This document shows, one piece after another, positions 62,705 through 64,000 of a DNA stretch of 64,000 nucleotides. A program made the position numbers and the translations under genes. The stretch comes from Cystobasidiomycetes sp. EMM_F5. Its lineage: Eukaryota. Positions within the stretch are counted from its first letter, which is position 1. The number at the start of each line of letters is the position of its first letter. Location: positions 372,001-436,000 of the forward strand of contig JBPGPT010000010.1 of the NCBI GenBank assembly GCA_051047955.1, in the 5' to 3' direction. The notes under the pieces were generated by a model. It saw nothing but the letters and a program-made list of their open reading frames with translations. It was not told the DNA's origin and searched no databases.

Positions 62705-63858
62705 ATGCAGGAGCCTGCAGTAGATGTGGGTGGCCAGAGTCGATGCGCGAGTGCCGATACCCCAGAATCTGGCGACAACCATTGCAATAACCAGAGTACG
62801 ACAAAGGCTGAACGCAAAAAGACCAAGAAGCTCAAAGGTGTAGTGAACAAACCGCCGAAGGCTGTAAGTCCGACAATTTCCCTCTCCCTGCGACAGAGCG
62901 CGGTGACTGATCTCCGAGTCTCCCCTGCCTTTGCTACTCTACTAGATTCCCGCTCATGCAATACATCCCGAATGTCGTATCTTTAGGCTCCCCATCGAGC
63001 TCATCGACTTGATTCTCGACCAAGACCTTCAGCCGACTGATCATCTCGCTTTGGCATCAACATGCAAAGCCTTCAGCAGGATTTACAGTCAGGCAATCTT
63101 CCATGTACGTAAACTGTTGAGCTGAGGAGCACAACGAGCTGAATCAATTGATTCCGCAGGCCATTTATGAACCTAGCAGTTTCTGGATTCGGCAAACAGG
63201 CGTGACTGCTGCAAAAGTAACAAGTCGTTTGTGGACGCAACCCTTCCAACTTGTAGGCAAACCTATGTCGTATGGCGAGCTTTTCCTGTCCTCGGGATGG
63301 CTCGATGCTGAAGGAACCGGCCTGGACATCGAAAAGATCAACGTTTTCTTCAAGACCACACAATACACAGATGTTACTAAATTCCGACTCTTTTACCTGA
63401 CCGGCATGAAAGATCTTGACTTTATCATTGCAATGCTTCAGTCTTTTGCGACGACAACTATGCAAATTGATTGGCGAGCCAAAATTGCGGAGACGCTTTG
63501 CAAGCACATTGTCAAAACCACCGCCAAGAGCAAGTGGAAGGTGACTGCTGCATTACTCATTCAGCATCGGCTGGTAATACTGATGATATCTATGAAACGA
63601 TATGTCTCGGTACAGGTAACGGATGCACAGCTCAAGACCATCTACGAGGTTCCCATCGCGAAGCAAGGCTTTCGCGCTCAAGATGCTAAATTTGTGTATT
63701 TCGAGGAAGATGTGCGCAGACTGGCGTACAAGGTACATGGTGGACCATCAGGGCACGCCAATCTCCTCGCTAAATTGGCTGCAAGAGCTGCCAAAGCCCG
63801 CGACACTAAGCAGAAGAAGGCTAGAGCAGTAGCTGCTGCGACTGAAGAGAGTGACTGA
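62705..63858 (+). CDS. F-box protein copy B with a C-terminal XPA-C-like domain
   Basis: F-box exon 62946-63104 (FRLPIELIDLILDQDLQPTDHLALASTCKAF). The spliced C-terminus reads IVKTTAKSKWKVTDAQL...VYFEEDVRRLAYKVHGGPSGH...KARDTKQKK. Confidence 0.72.
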
Positions 63859-64000
63859 TCAAATGCGGCGTATCGTCGGGCAACAGTAATGATGTTTGTT
63901 TTGCTAGTGCTTTTTGCTTAAAGGATTTGTTGTATCCTATGCAGCCATACTGCGTTCGGGCGATCTGGTTGACCATAAATAAATGCTTTTAACGTATTCA

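Noticed and set aside
14660..63858. A DNA-repair or ubiquitin gene cluster (EEP enzymes, Rad7-like LRR, RAD5, XPA-like F-boxes, RAV1)
   Set aside because: The genes are spread over ~50 kb among unrelated housekeeping genes, and the EEP proteins appear secreted. Nothing suggests a co-regulated cluster.

Overview
This is a gene-dense, intron-rich eukaryotic window with short (~50-75 nt) spliceosomal introns, CTRAC/CTGAC-type branch sites and small intergenic gaps. It is fungal, most consistent with a basidiomycete (inference from gene structure and protein style). I assembled about 29 spliced protein-coding genes by hand. Most are conserved: CCT7 (3' part), glutaryl-CoA dehydrogenase, PEX11, a Sec14/CRAL-TRIO protein, TMEM256, Ima1, Atos/FAM214-like, TMEM115, JMJD7, RAV1, RAD5, pirin, complex I 51-kDa subunit, G-beta, a PLC-like phosphodiesterase, a Zn2Cys6 factor, PTM1-like, a flavin oxidoreductase fusion and an NCS1 permease. 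The less ordinary elements are (i) a tandem pair of F-box genes with an XPA-C-terminal-like domain, one apparently decaying, (ii) three tandem secreted EEP (DNase I-like) genes, two of which lack a family loop, (iii) an F-box split by a ~350-aa low-complexity insert, (iv) a BC-box LRR gene, (v) a 4-TM gene built from 4-, 13- and 11-nt exons that the ORF track misses, and (vi) at least five GC-AG introns. I saw no rRNA, tRNA, CRISPR array or transposon. Gene coordinates span introns, and all family calls come from motif recognition, not database searches.
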